From a virus (taxonomy: Duplodnaviria; Heunggongvirae; Uroviricota; Caudoviricetes): a stretch of DNA of 64,000 bases. The position numbers and the translations under genes are program-made. The DNA is taken from IMG/VR virus record IMGVR_UViG_3300029288_000054, positions 134,607-198,606 of that record; one strand, written 5' to 3'. The notes below the pieces were generated by a model, which saw only the letters and a list, made by a program, of their open reading frames with translations, ran no database searches and was not told the origin of the DNA. The stretch's first letter is position 1; the number at the start of each line of letters is the position of its first letter. Shown here one piece after another: positions 9,077 to 17,071 of the stretch.

Positions 9077-9499
9077 TCACTGTGAAGAAACTTCACTTCG
9101 GACCTTCATAAGTATCTTGCCCAGCCAATTCTCGCCCTCTCCGTCGCAGACGCCCCAGAACTTATCTCCCCAGTCGTTCCCTTCGATAAGCTCTTCATCC
9201 CCTGTTGCCAGCAGCTTTTCCCTTAACACCCTATCTATGAACTTCTGACGGACGAGATCCTCCATTACCCCTAGCTTAATCGATTCCCAATCGTCTCTCA
9301 GAAGTACTCTATACCCTCTCCTCTTCGCCTGTCCTGCTGTCAGTAGCGCTATCTCTTCCCTTTCGGCCACGTTCAACGTCTTCGCCGCTTGGTAGGCGTG
9401 CTCTACAGATGGATATTCTATTCCCTCTATCTTGACCACACAAGGCCAGAAGTTCGACAAGAACCGATTCTCCTCAGAAAAGCTCGTTATGGCCATCAT
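9077..9499 (-). CDS. NADAR family (YbiA-like) ADP-ribosylhydrolase
   Basis: FLSNFW...YPSVEHAYQAAK...KF...LLATGDEELIEGNDWGDKFWG...NWLGKILMKVR. Confidence 0.93.
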   Translation of the reverse strand: MMAITSFSEENRFLSNFWPCVVKIEGIEYPSVEHAYQAAKTLNVAEREEIALLTAGQAKRRGYRVLLRDDWESIKLGVMEDLVRQKFIDRVLREKLLATGDEELIEGNDWGDKFWGVCDGEGENWLGKILMKVRSEVSSQ

Positions 9500-9504
9500 T
9501 CTTC

Positions 9505-9533
9505 CTTATAGCACGAGATGAGGTTGGAATGAA
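9505..9533 (-). promoter_or_regulatory. phage promoter
   Basis: CGTGC-TATAAG; NADAR ATG follows 5 nt later. Confidence 0.7.
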
Positions 9534-9583
9534 CTTTAGTATTCCAGAAGTGTCTAGATCAAGCTTCATTAAAGGACAACCTT

Positions 9584-9847
9584 ATGTCCATTAAACCAGG
9601 ACGCTACCGGCACTACAAGGGTAAAGAATACATCGTAATAGGTGAGGCTACCCATACTGAAACCAAGGAGCAGATGGTCATTTACCAGCAAGACTACGAC
9701 GATTTCAAGCTCTGGGTTCGTCCCAAGGAATTATTTGAGGGTACGGTCGAGATAGGAGGAGAGGTCGTTAAGAGGTTCACATATGTCGGACCATTGTGCT
9801 GCTGCCATTGCGATAATCCCTGCAATATTAACGGTTTGGGAGGATAG
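9584..9847 (+). CDS. DUF1653 family protein
   Basis: PGRYRHYKGKEYIVIGEATHTET...VIY...LWVRPKELF. Confidence 0.9.
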   Translation: MSIKPGRYRHYKGKEYIVIGEATHTETKEQMVIYQQDYDDFKLWVRPKELFEGTVEIGGEVVKRFTYVGPLCCCHCDNPCNINGLGG

Positions 9848-9851
9848 ATCC

Positions 9852-10178
9852 ATGACGACATACCAAGAGATTCGAGATAGAGGAGAGCAGGCACTCGAAG
9901 AGGCCAAGAAAGACCAAAAGGTCGTCGTTACAGCTATCCAGAAGTCTAAGGAATTCAAGCACGGAGACAAGGTAGAGTATATCTCAGCTTCCGGCAAGAT
10001 CTACGAAGCCGTTGTCGTCGAAATCCCGGAGAATCCTTGGCACCTCTCAACACCTCTTCCTACCCTCTCTCTCGCTTTTCGAGATGAGACAGGTCGGCTT
10101 ATTCGAAAAAATCGAGTATTACCTATTTCCGCATCCCTTCATAACCGTAAAGTCTATCGAGAAGCAGCGAAACCATGA
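9852..10178 (+). CDS. hypothetical protein
   Basis: ORF within the run; start chosen after the previous stop. Confidence 0.6.
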   Translation: MTTYQEIRDRGEQALEEAKKDQKVVVTAIQKSKEFKHGDKVEYISASGKIYEAVVVEIPENPWHLSTPLPTLSLAFRDETGRLIRKNRVLPISASLHNRKVYREAAKP

Positions 10179-10651
10179 AGGGTAAGGAGAAAGCCCGAAG
10201 ACAAAAGGCCGATTCACCCTATATCGGCAACTTTATCCACAAATACTTTGAAACTAGGACATGCCGAAGAATGAAAGAGATGGGGGTCGACCTTAAGATA
10301 ATCAAGCCCGTTAGACTCCTGGTAACGGGCGGACGAACCTATTGGGACGAAGAGGAACTCTATAGGATTTTGGATGAGATCGCTGAAGATTATCCTATCT
10401 CTGTCGTTATCCACGGAGACGCAGCCGGAGCAGATACCTTAGCCGGATCATGGGCTAAAGATCGAGGAATACCTATCATTGCCGTCCCCGCCGACTGGCA
10501 ACGTCTCGGCAGGAGAGCAGGACCTATACGAAACCGCATTATGCTTGAACAATGCAGCCCCGATCTCGTCGTAGCGTTCCCAGGAGGACGAGGAACGTAT
10601 GATATGGTGAAGATAGCAAAGAAGGTAGGGATAGAGGTAATCGAGATATGA
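10175..10651 (+). CDS. DUF2493 / YspA-like SLOG protein
   Basis: LLVTGGR...[13 protein letters not shown]...PADW...[10 protein letters not shown]...[10 protein letters not shown]. Confidence 0.88.
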   Translation: MKGKEKARRQKADSPYIGNFIHKYFETRTCRRMKEMGVDLKIIKPVRLLVTGGRTYWDEEELYRILDEIAEDYPISVVIHGDAAGADTLAGSWAKDRGIPIIAVPADWQRLGRRAGPIRNRIMLEQCSPDLVVAFPGGRGTYDMVKIAKKVGIEVIEI

Positions 10652-10833
10652 AATGTCAAACTACCCATATGTTCGAGTATTGCAAGAACGAGGCTACCAC
10701 CGAGATCGTTATGCTCCACGGTAATAAGATTATGCTCTGTGATAGATGTGCCGCCTATGTCCGTATGTGCGAAGAAATTCTAGAGCCTATAGACCGAGAA
10801 ATCATCAAAAACCTACAGGAATTATCTAAATGA
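10648..10833 (+). CDS. small Cys-containing hypothetical protein
   Basis: ATGA overlap; C...C...CDRC. Confidence 0.55.
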   Translation: MKCQTTHMFEYCKNEATTEIVMLHGNKIMLCDRCAAYVRMCEEILEPIDREIIKNLQELSK

Positions 10834-11066
10834 CCATAAAGATTCTCGTCCTATTCCTCATTATCCCTATTATTCTTAGCGTTCTCTTCGGCATCTTTGG
10901 CTCGCTTTTCGATAGCTATTTCGGCACCGAGCTTACCGGCCCTTTATTCGGGAGAATCCTTCGCACGGTTGCCACCCAATTCTGTGGCGTCCTTTGGGCT
11001 GGATATCTCTATCTCGCTGTTTGGCTCTTAGTGAGAAGACAGAAGAGTGATGCAAAAGGACTCTAG
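10830..11066 (+). CDS. small membrane protein
   Basis: Two hydrophobic segments. Confidence 0.65.
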   Translation: MTIKILVLFLIIPIILSVLFGIFGSLFDSYFGTELTGPLFGRILRTVATQFCGVLWAGYLYLAVWLLVRRQKSDAKGL

Positions 11067-11265
11067 CTTTTTCGAAAGAGGTTTAGTCTTCCAATGACAC
11101 AACAGACTACAACAGAAAACCAAGATAAAAATAAGACATATGGACCTTCACCCTTAAATAGTGTTTTGTCTGTTTATAACATGATAACGATGTGGCAACA
11201 TGCTTTATATAAGTCGTTCTCATCACATTATAAGCGTAGAGTGTCCGTAGGAGAGGAGAATCGAA

Positions 11266-11592
11266 ATGGCAGTTTATGTAGATGAGTTGTTTGTAACGGA
11301 GAAGACGCCAAATTGGAGATACGTTAAAGCCTGCCATTTAACGGCGGATACGTTAGAAGAGTTACATGAGCTTGCTAAGAGGGTAGGGATGAAGAGGGAG
11401 TGGTTTCAGAATCATCCTAGACACCCACACTATGATCTGACAGCTACCAAGAGAAGGTTGGCAGTGAGGCTAGGGGCTGTGGAGATACGAGCGAGAGACC
11501 AGGCGGAGAGGACACGTAGGCTGATAGAAGCATTAGATAAGGATGATTTAGTCCCAAGCTCTGCTCCGAATGATAGCCGTCGATATAATTGA
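11266..11592 (+). CDS. DUF4031 family protein
   Basis: MAVYVDE...CHLTADTLEELHELAKRVGMKREWFQ...HYDLT. Confidence 0.9.
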   Translation: MAVYVDELFVTEKTPNWRYVKACHLTADTLEELHELAKRVGMKREWFQNHPRHPHYDLTATKRRLAVRLGAVEIRARDQAERTRRLIEALDKDDLVPSSAPNDSRRYN

Positions 11593-12018
11593 ACAAGCTC
11601 TACAAATTATCTGCTAAGCCCAAAGTAGGACGGGCTGAAGGTAGTCTAAAGGGCCTGAAAGAGTTAGGATAGCGGACAGGTAAATAATTTTTCACGGTCC
11701 AGAACTACCCATAATTAGAAGTCTTCTCCTGAAAATATTGATAAGAGAAAAAGATGTAAAGGCAGCTCGAACGCCCTCAAGAAGGGCCTTCCCGTGCCCG
11801 TGTGAAGCATCTTTGCTGATATCTCTTCGATCGCTCTAGACTATTCAGAATGCAACGGAAGCTAAAGGAAATGCCTTCCGTGTCAAGCGGAGACCATATG
11901 GGCCTCACCACCCGAATTTTGAATGCCCGTTAATATTTACCTCTCAAGTTCGGGATACCCCGCCTTAAGTATAAGACCCCTCTTTCAGGCTATTTAAATA
12001 TTTTGAGTATGTTTTCAA

Positions 12019-12047
12019 TTTAGGAATTATTCCTGTCGTGCTATAAC
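12019..12047 (+). promoter_or_regulatory. phage promoter driving a noncoding transcript
   Basis: CGTGC-TATAAC at 12037-12047, weak -35; predicted +1 at 12053. Confidence 0.6.
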
Positions 12048-12052
12048 TAAGT

Positions 12053-12222
12053 GTTCACGGCAGACGCCTTTAGGCGGTCGTAAAGGGTGCATAGCCTAGT
12101 GCGTTCACCTGCCATACGTTTTGCCGCATTGAACAGAGGCTCGATTTGGCGGAGGGAATAGTGATAATGTTCGGACGTTAGCGTCCTTTCAGCAACACGT
12201 CTCCCAAGACCCACTTCGAGCC
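12053..12222 (+). ncRNA. candidate 170-nt two-domain structured RNA
   Basis: Begins at the predicted +1. Helices GTTCA/TGAAC, CGGCA/TGCCG, CGCC/GGCG, CGTA/TACG, then GGCTCGA/TCGAGCC enclosing GGAGG/TCTCC and GGACG-TTAG-CGTCC. Confidence 0.5.
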
Positions 12223-12367
12223 TTATTGACCACAGTACGAGGAATTGATTCATAAACGTGAGGCACTTTCAGCAAATTCTTAAGAATAAGAACTGGTTCA
12301 AAATTCTTAAGAACCTCGTTACGACCCTTTTGCTGGGTCTCTCTCCACTGTTGTAGACGGGCGACAC

Positions 12368-12820
12368 ATGCTTTACATGGCAGCCAAGACTGACGACGGC
12401 CTACGTGTCTTCTTAGGTCTTGGCAACGAGAACATTGAGCGGATAAAGGCGGATGACCCGTTGGTTGCTCGTCTTTCCAATGTTGGCTACCCAGGCTTGT
12501 TCTTCCTCTACATGACCGCTAACGGCTTGCCGTCACCCAGGATGACGGAGATAGAAGCGATGGTCAAGGAGCGAGCAGCGGAAGAGGGCTTTACTATCCC
12601 GGTGTTCGCACTTGGCGTTGCCGATTCACAGTTAGATGCCCTTCAATCAGGACAAGGCTGCTTCCTCGTTGTACCACGGTCGGACTTGCCAGGGATCGAG
12701 AAGATCGTTATAGTCTTCTCGGATGACCATGCTGATTTAGTGAGGAAGCTAAAGCTTGAAGGAGTTGTGGCGAAAGATGCCACGATGACTTATGTTCCTC
12801 GGAATATTCTCGAAAATTAG
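12368..12820 (+). CDS. hypothetical protein with internal duplication
   Basis: FLGLGNENIERIKADDP and ALGVADSQLDALQSGQG halves. Confidence 0.65.
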   Translation: MLYMAAKTDDGLRVFLGLGNENIERIKADDPLVARLSNVGYPGLFFLYMTANGLPSPRMTEIEAMVKERAAEEGFTIPVFALGVADSQLDALQSGQGCFLVVPRSDLPGIEKIVIVFSDDHADLVRKLKLEGVVAKDATMTYVPRNILEN

Positions 12821-13026
12821 AGGACCCGGCTGGTTTGGGAGTTGTGGTGAGTGTGGGACTGATTAGTCCCCTTACTTTCAAATTCCCGCACAGTCGAGTC
12901 CTACTTTAATTATACGCAGTGAATAGCTGCGAGACAATCAGGAGAATCCTGATTTTGGTATCAGTGAGTGACCTATCGCCTGTAGCGGTAGTTATTTGTT
13001 TTCTCTAACCTCTAGGATATGCTCGA

Positions 13027-13536
13027 ATGTATCACTTCATGTTGCGTGGTTTGACGTGCCACTGCGATTCGGCGGTGGAATTACGGACTGTTTCGGAGAT
13101 GCTGGCCAAGGAGCGGGCAATGGAGCAGTCGGCGGCTCCGAAGGACGGCGTGAAACGGGCTCCCATTCGGATCATCGCGGAGATCGCCGGACAACTTGGC
13201 AAGCCGATGGAATGGTGGACGTCGGAGGCGGAAGGGCCGTTGAAGAAGGTGAAGTCGGCCCTGGAATCGATCGCCAACGAGAAGGCGGCTGAATTGGTCA
13301 AGAAGAAGGGACAGAAGGCGGCGAAGAAGGCCGTGGCGACCAAGAAGGCGAAGAAGAAGCGCGAAGCCCGCTACTCGGTGAATCTCTCCAAGACGCCCCA
13401 AGAACTCAAGGACATTCCTTACGTCAAGGGCGGCATCACGTGGGCCGTCGCCAACCGGATCGCCAAGAAGCTCGGTCGGGACGACATCGCCCAGATGCGG
13501 AGCGACTTGGCCCAGCGGAAGAAGCTGCCCAAGTAG
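13027..13536 (+). CDS. Lys/Ala-rich putative nucleic-acid-binding protein
   Basis: KKKGQKAAKKAVATKKAKKKR tract; start uncertain. Confidence 0.7.
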   Translation: MYHFMLRGLTCHCDSAVELRTVSEMLAKERAMEQSAAPKDGVKRAPIRIIAEIAGQLGKPMEWWTSEAEGPLKKVKSALESIANEKAAELVKKKGQKAAKKAVATKKAKKKREARYSVNLSKTPQELKDIPYVKGGITWAVANRIAKKLGRDDIAQMRSDLAQRKKLPK

Positions 13537-13570
13537 TCGAACTTTCCATCTTGGAAATTCAAGACGGTCA

Positions 13571-13747
13571 TCAGGACTTCAAACTGATGGCCGTCATTGT
13601 TTCTTGGGCATGCTTAGCACAGAGTGGAATCCCCCTGATTACCATAATAGCTTTAGATGGGCAATACACGGGCTTACCAGCCGGGTCCAGCCTAACTTCA
13701 CGACGACAAGTTGTTCCTGGTGCTGGCTTAGTAATTCGCTCGTGCAT
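13571..13747 (-). CDS. 58-aa hypothetical protein
   Basis: Manual translation MHERITKPAPGTTC...YCPSKA...LCAKHAQ. Confidence 0.5.
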   Translation of the reverse strand: MHERITKPAPGTTCRREVRLDPAGKPVYCPSKAIMVIRGIPLCAKHAQETMTAISLKS

Positions 13748-13814
13748 GATGCTGTGCCTGTAGTAGAAAGGTTTCCAGGATGGAAATTCAACCTATCTAC
13801 TTGCCCAGCGTCGT

Positions 13815-13991
13815 CTACACCTTCAACGCACTGCGGAATCTTTCTTTCTGAGCGGGCGTGAGAGTCTTCCAAATCTCGCGATTTCGAGGACTTAGCTCAA
13901 ACAGGATCATATCGTCTTCCTTGACGGGAGTCGTGAAGAATTCCCATGTAGTCTGAAGAATGAAGAACGGAAGAAAGATCCATCGCCACAT
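13815..13991 (-). CDS. 58-aa hypothetical protein
   Basis: Manual translation MWRWIFLPFFILQTTWEFF...; downstream of the promoter with -10 at 14065-14070. Confidence 0.55.
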   Translation of the reverse strand: MWRWIFLPFFILQTTWEFFTTPVKEDDMILFELSPRNREIWKTLTPAQKERFRSALKV

Positions 13992-14154
13992 AGTCCGCCC
14001 TTTCCAAACAGGAAATTAGTTATTTGAACGATTGGCTTGATGACACGACGCCAGCAGGAACGTAGTTATAGCACCAACGGCCATGAGCCCTAAGCAGAGG
14101 AACTTAAAGCTCCAGAGTAAGAACCACTTGCCGGTATAAAAGGCGAGCGAAAGT

Positions 14155-14469
14155 TTATCGAGTTCTGCTATTCTCATGATTTCTACTAGCGTCGTCTAAC
14201 GGCAGTATCACTTGCCCATCCGGCATGACGACGGTGCCGTTCGGATGGAATGGATGCGATGCGAAGAAAGCCAAGATCATTATAGCCCAGAAGACGACAG
14301 CGATGAATAGCCCGAGCCACCGCCCAATCCGTTCTTCTTCTCGTGTCCAACCGTAGCCAGCAGCAATAGCTTGTCGCAACCCAACCTGTTCATCGGCAAC
14401 TTCAGCGTCATCGAAGTTGTCTTTAGGCTGTGTCAGATCGACCCACCATTTCCACTTTAGCTGACTCAT
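14155..14469 (-). CDS. membrane protein
   Basis: WLGLFIAVVFWAIMILAFF helix. Confidence 0.7.
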   Translation of the reverse strand: MSQLKWKWWVDLTQPKDNFDDAEVADEQVGLRQAIAAGYGWTREEERIGRWLGLFIAVVFWAIMILAFFASHPFHPNGTVVMPDGQVILPLDDASRNHENSRTR

Positions 14470-14471
14470 AG

Positions 14472-15653
14472 CTAGTTGTCGAATTCCTCATCTTCTTCAT
14501 CATCGTCGTAATCGTCGTCATCCTCATCCCAGTCCTCGTCATCCTCGTCATCCTCGTCTTCGTCTTCTTCGCGTGGACTTTCGGCTATCGGACGCGGCTG
14601 AGTAATAGGAATGGTGCGACGGGGTTCTTCCTCCTCGTCATCATCGTCATCGTCCGCAAGACGACCAACCAAGGCGGCACCGATCCCAACGGGGACGGCC
14701 TCTTCGAGATGCGGCGGAACAACGAATTCTTGCTCCTTCATCGGTTCCAGCAATGGCATCTCAGTCGACGGCAATTGCGCCGGTCGAGGTGTCGGTTTGG
14801 GCGTCCCAATGGGACGGATTGCACGTAATCGAATGGGAATGCTGAACCAACGGCGGAACATGGCGATGAGAAATTCTTCCGACAGGTCGAACCCGGTCTT
14901 GTCGCCGATGACGGCATCAATACCACAATTCGGGCAGATAGCCGTGTCGCCTTCAGAGTAGATGATGATGGCCTTCGGATCGAAAACGGCTCGGCAGAAG
15001 AAGCAAGCACATTTCGTACTGACCTCAACCTCAGCCTTGTTGTGCTGGGAATGTTTGCGAGCCGGTTTGTACAAGGCTTGGTAGGGATCGTGCAACGGCC
15101 CGTCATATTTGACCCCTCGGAGCTTGGCAAGTTGCTCACGAATGCTGTCCTCGGCGATACCAAGCTCAACCGTAAACTGGTTGAGGGCATCTCGATCCAG
15201 CCGGATTTCGTCCAAAGTGTGGACGAGGGTCGCTTCGGCTTGCTTCTCCTCGTCGCTCAACGCTTTTGGTTCCCTCGATACTTGCTGTGCCCTCGGTGCG
15301 TTGGCTTTCTTACCAACCTTGACGCCATACGGCTGATGGCCGATCTCAACCAGCTTGTTGTTGACCAAAACTTGATTCGCCGCCGACAACTTCTTGAAGT
15401 TCTGGACGAACCAAGTATTAGGATAGCCAGCGGCGTTCAGATGGATCGAGACCAATTCCTCAAGTGGCATCTTGATTTCCCACTTGAGTTCAGGCTTGGG
15501 AGCGGGTGCGGGTGCTCCATTCGCAACCAAGTATTGATCTACTGCCGCCCGTACTTCAGGTGAATGCCCCATCATCCGCTTCATGAAGCGGCTATTGCCG
15601 TGGCGTGATCCCTCGTAAAGGGATGCAATTTCTTGAATGAGTTGTTGGTCCAT
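14472..15653 (-). CDS. hypothetical protein with zinc-ribbon domain and acidic tail
   Basis: KHS...CACFFC...AICPNCGIDAVIGD domain; C-terminal D/E tracts. Confidence 0.8.
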   Translation of the reverse strand: MDQQLIQEIASLYEGSRHGNSRFMKRMMGHSPEVRAAVDQYLVANGAPAPAPKPELKWEIKMPLEELVSIHLNAAGYPNTWFVQNFKKLSAANQVLVNNKLVEIGHQPYGVKVGKKANAPRAQQVSREPKALSDEEKQAEATLVHTLDEIRLDRDALNQFTVELGIAEDSIREQLAKLRGVKYDGPLHDPYQALYKPARKHSQHNKAEVEVSTKCACFFCRAVFDPKAIIIYSEGDTAICPNCGIDAVIGDKTGFDLSEEFLIAMFRRWFSIPIRLRAIRPIGTPKPTPRPAQLPSTEMPLLEPMKEQEFVVPPHLEEAVPVGIGAALVGRLADDDDDDEEEEPRRTIPITQPRPIAESPREEDEDEDDEDDEDWDEDDDDYDDDEEDEEFDN

Positions 15654-15679
15654 ATCGCGAACAGCCTTATAAATAGTGG

Positions 15680-16348
15680 TTAGTTGAGACTCTCATCCAC
15701 ACCCACATCCCATTCCTGGTCGGCCCATTCTTCATCCGGATCAGGAGTTTGGCCGCGTCCGGTGTAGTGATTTAGTAGGTCCTTGAGACCAGCAGGGGCG
15801 TTGGGATCGGCGTCCACTTTGTCAGCGTAGCCGAAAATCAGGTCAAGCAAGGTAGGGCCGGGGACGATGGCAGCCGTCTCTTCTTTAGTGAGCAACTGCC
15901 AGGAATCGGTGTTGCCCTCTTCGCCGCTCATCAAGCGACGCGCACGGACAACCAGGGGTAGCAGATAGAATGGGCCGCTATTGCTCAACTCATCGACCAA
16001 AGAGGCTTCCGCCACCTTGTCTTCTGCGGAGTTCTGCCAGCCGCTGAAATCGCCACCGAAAAATTGTATCTCTTTCTTGGTAGCGACGACCGGAATGTCT
16101 TCGATAGATGCGGGTACTCGCAACTCCTTCGCACAAGCGAGCATGTCGGTCGGAAGGCCATTACCGCGTACAACCGTGAATCTCACCATGACCTCGATGA
16201 TGCCAAGCGGCGTATCGGCCACCATGGGATAGGCGTGGTTGAGTGGGTTGTACTTGAGTGGAGGAGATTCCAGGGGATTCTCGTCGCCGCCAGGTGCGAG
16301 GTCCTGGAGAGCATCTTCCATCTTGTCGAATTCGTCGTCATGGGGCAT
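15680..16348 (-). CDS. acidic hypothetical protein (paralog of 16409..16912)
   Basis: YNPLNHAYPM...GIIEV and NSGPFYLLPLVVRARRL are shared with the neighbour. Confidence 0.75.
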   Translation of the reverse strand: MPHDDEFDKMEDALQDLAPGGDENPLESPPLKYNPLNHAYPMVADTPLGIIEVMVRFTVVRGNGLPTDMLACAKELRVPASIEDIPVVATKKEIQFFGGDFSGWQNSAEDKVAEASLVDELSNSGPFYLLPLVVRARRLMSGEEGNTDSWQLLTKEETAAIVPGPTLLDLIFGYADKVDADPNAPAGLKDLLNHYTGRGQTPDPDEEWADQEWDVGVDESLN

Positions 16349-16408
16349 GATATGGTTCCTGTGTGGATGTACTTCGCCACTTTGTTATAGCACGACAGAC
16401 GCAAATAA

Positions 16409-16912
16409 TTAGTTCTGATACTTCTCGATGAAGCGATCGATAATTCCGATCAGCCTCTTGGGTACAAACTTGGATTCGATGATGCATTCTCGGAACTCTG
16501 TGAAGATCTCCAAGAAATCGACATTCACCATAATCTCCCCAAGTTCTCTGGGTGAGATTGGTTCGCCGCCCTCGCCACCCGGCATGTTCTCTTCCGGTGG
16601 GCCTATCAGCTTGCGGGCGGAAATAATAGCGGGCAGAATCCAGAAACCGCTGTTGGTTGTCGTTTTAGCTTGCCCAGAGAAGAAATCGTCTGGAATCTCG
16701 AAGCGTTTCTTGGTCTCGACCGGTAAATCAACGTGATCGTCTGGTTCGAGTTGAATCGCTGTTCCCATCCGGTCGAAATCGCCTTCGCCCTTGACGATGA
16801 CGAAGGCGATGACAATTTCGACGAATCCCTTCTCTGTGCCCAACAACATCGGGTACAAATGGATGAAAGGATCGTAGTCTTCGGTGTCTTCTGTGCCGGT
16901 ATAATCGTTCAT
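16409..16912 (-). CDS. acidic hypothetical protein (paralog of 15680..16348)
   Basis: GGAGG RBS right after the tRNA 3' end, ATG 16912 (MNDYTG). Confidence 0.75.
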   Translation of the reverse strand: MNDYTGTEDTEDYDPFIHLYPMLLGTEKGFVEIVIAFVIVKGEGDFDRMGTAIQLEPDDHVDLPVETKKRFEIPDDFFSGQAKTTTNSGFWILPAIISARKLIGPPEENMPGGEGGEPISPRELGEIMVNVDFLEIFTEFRECIIESKFVPKRLIGIIDRFIEKYQN

Positions 16913-16926
16913 GACGGTCCTCCAAG

Positions 16927-17009
16927 TAGCCAAGGCGGGAATCGAACCCGCACGGGCCGAAGCCCAAGGGATTTTAAATCCCTAGCGTCTGCCATTCCGC
17001 CACTCGGCC
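16927..17009 (-). tRNA. tRNA-Leu(UAA), CCA not encoded
   Basis: GGCCGAGTGGCGGAATGGCAGACGCTAGGGATTTAAAATCCCTTGGGCTTCGGCCCGTGCGGGTTCGATTCCCGCCTTGGCTA: full cloverleaf with long variable arm. Confidence 0.95.
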
Positions 17010-17012
17010 AGG

Positions 17013-17062
17013 AAAAGGAGAACGACGCAGGGACGGCCAAAACCGTCCGCTGCGCCGTCTCC
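17013..17062 (-). terminator. intrinsic terminator-like hairpin
   Basis: GGAGA CGGCGCAG C GGACGG/CCGTCC CTGCGTCG T TCTCC followed by TTTT, just after the DUF932 stop. Confidence 0.65.
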
Positions 17063-17071
17063 ATGGCTAAC

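Noticed and set aside
12047-12253. 68-aa minus-strand CDS
   Set aside because: No clear RBS or promoter, and it is antisense to a promoter-aligned structured RNA; not excluded, so left uncalled.
14475-14655. TCA/TCG triplet microsatellite
   Set aside because: It simply encodes the Asp/Glu tracts of the 393-aa protein.
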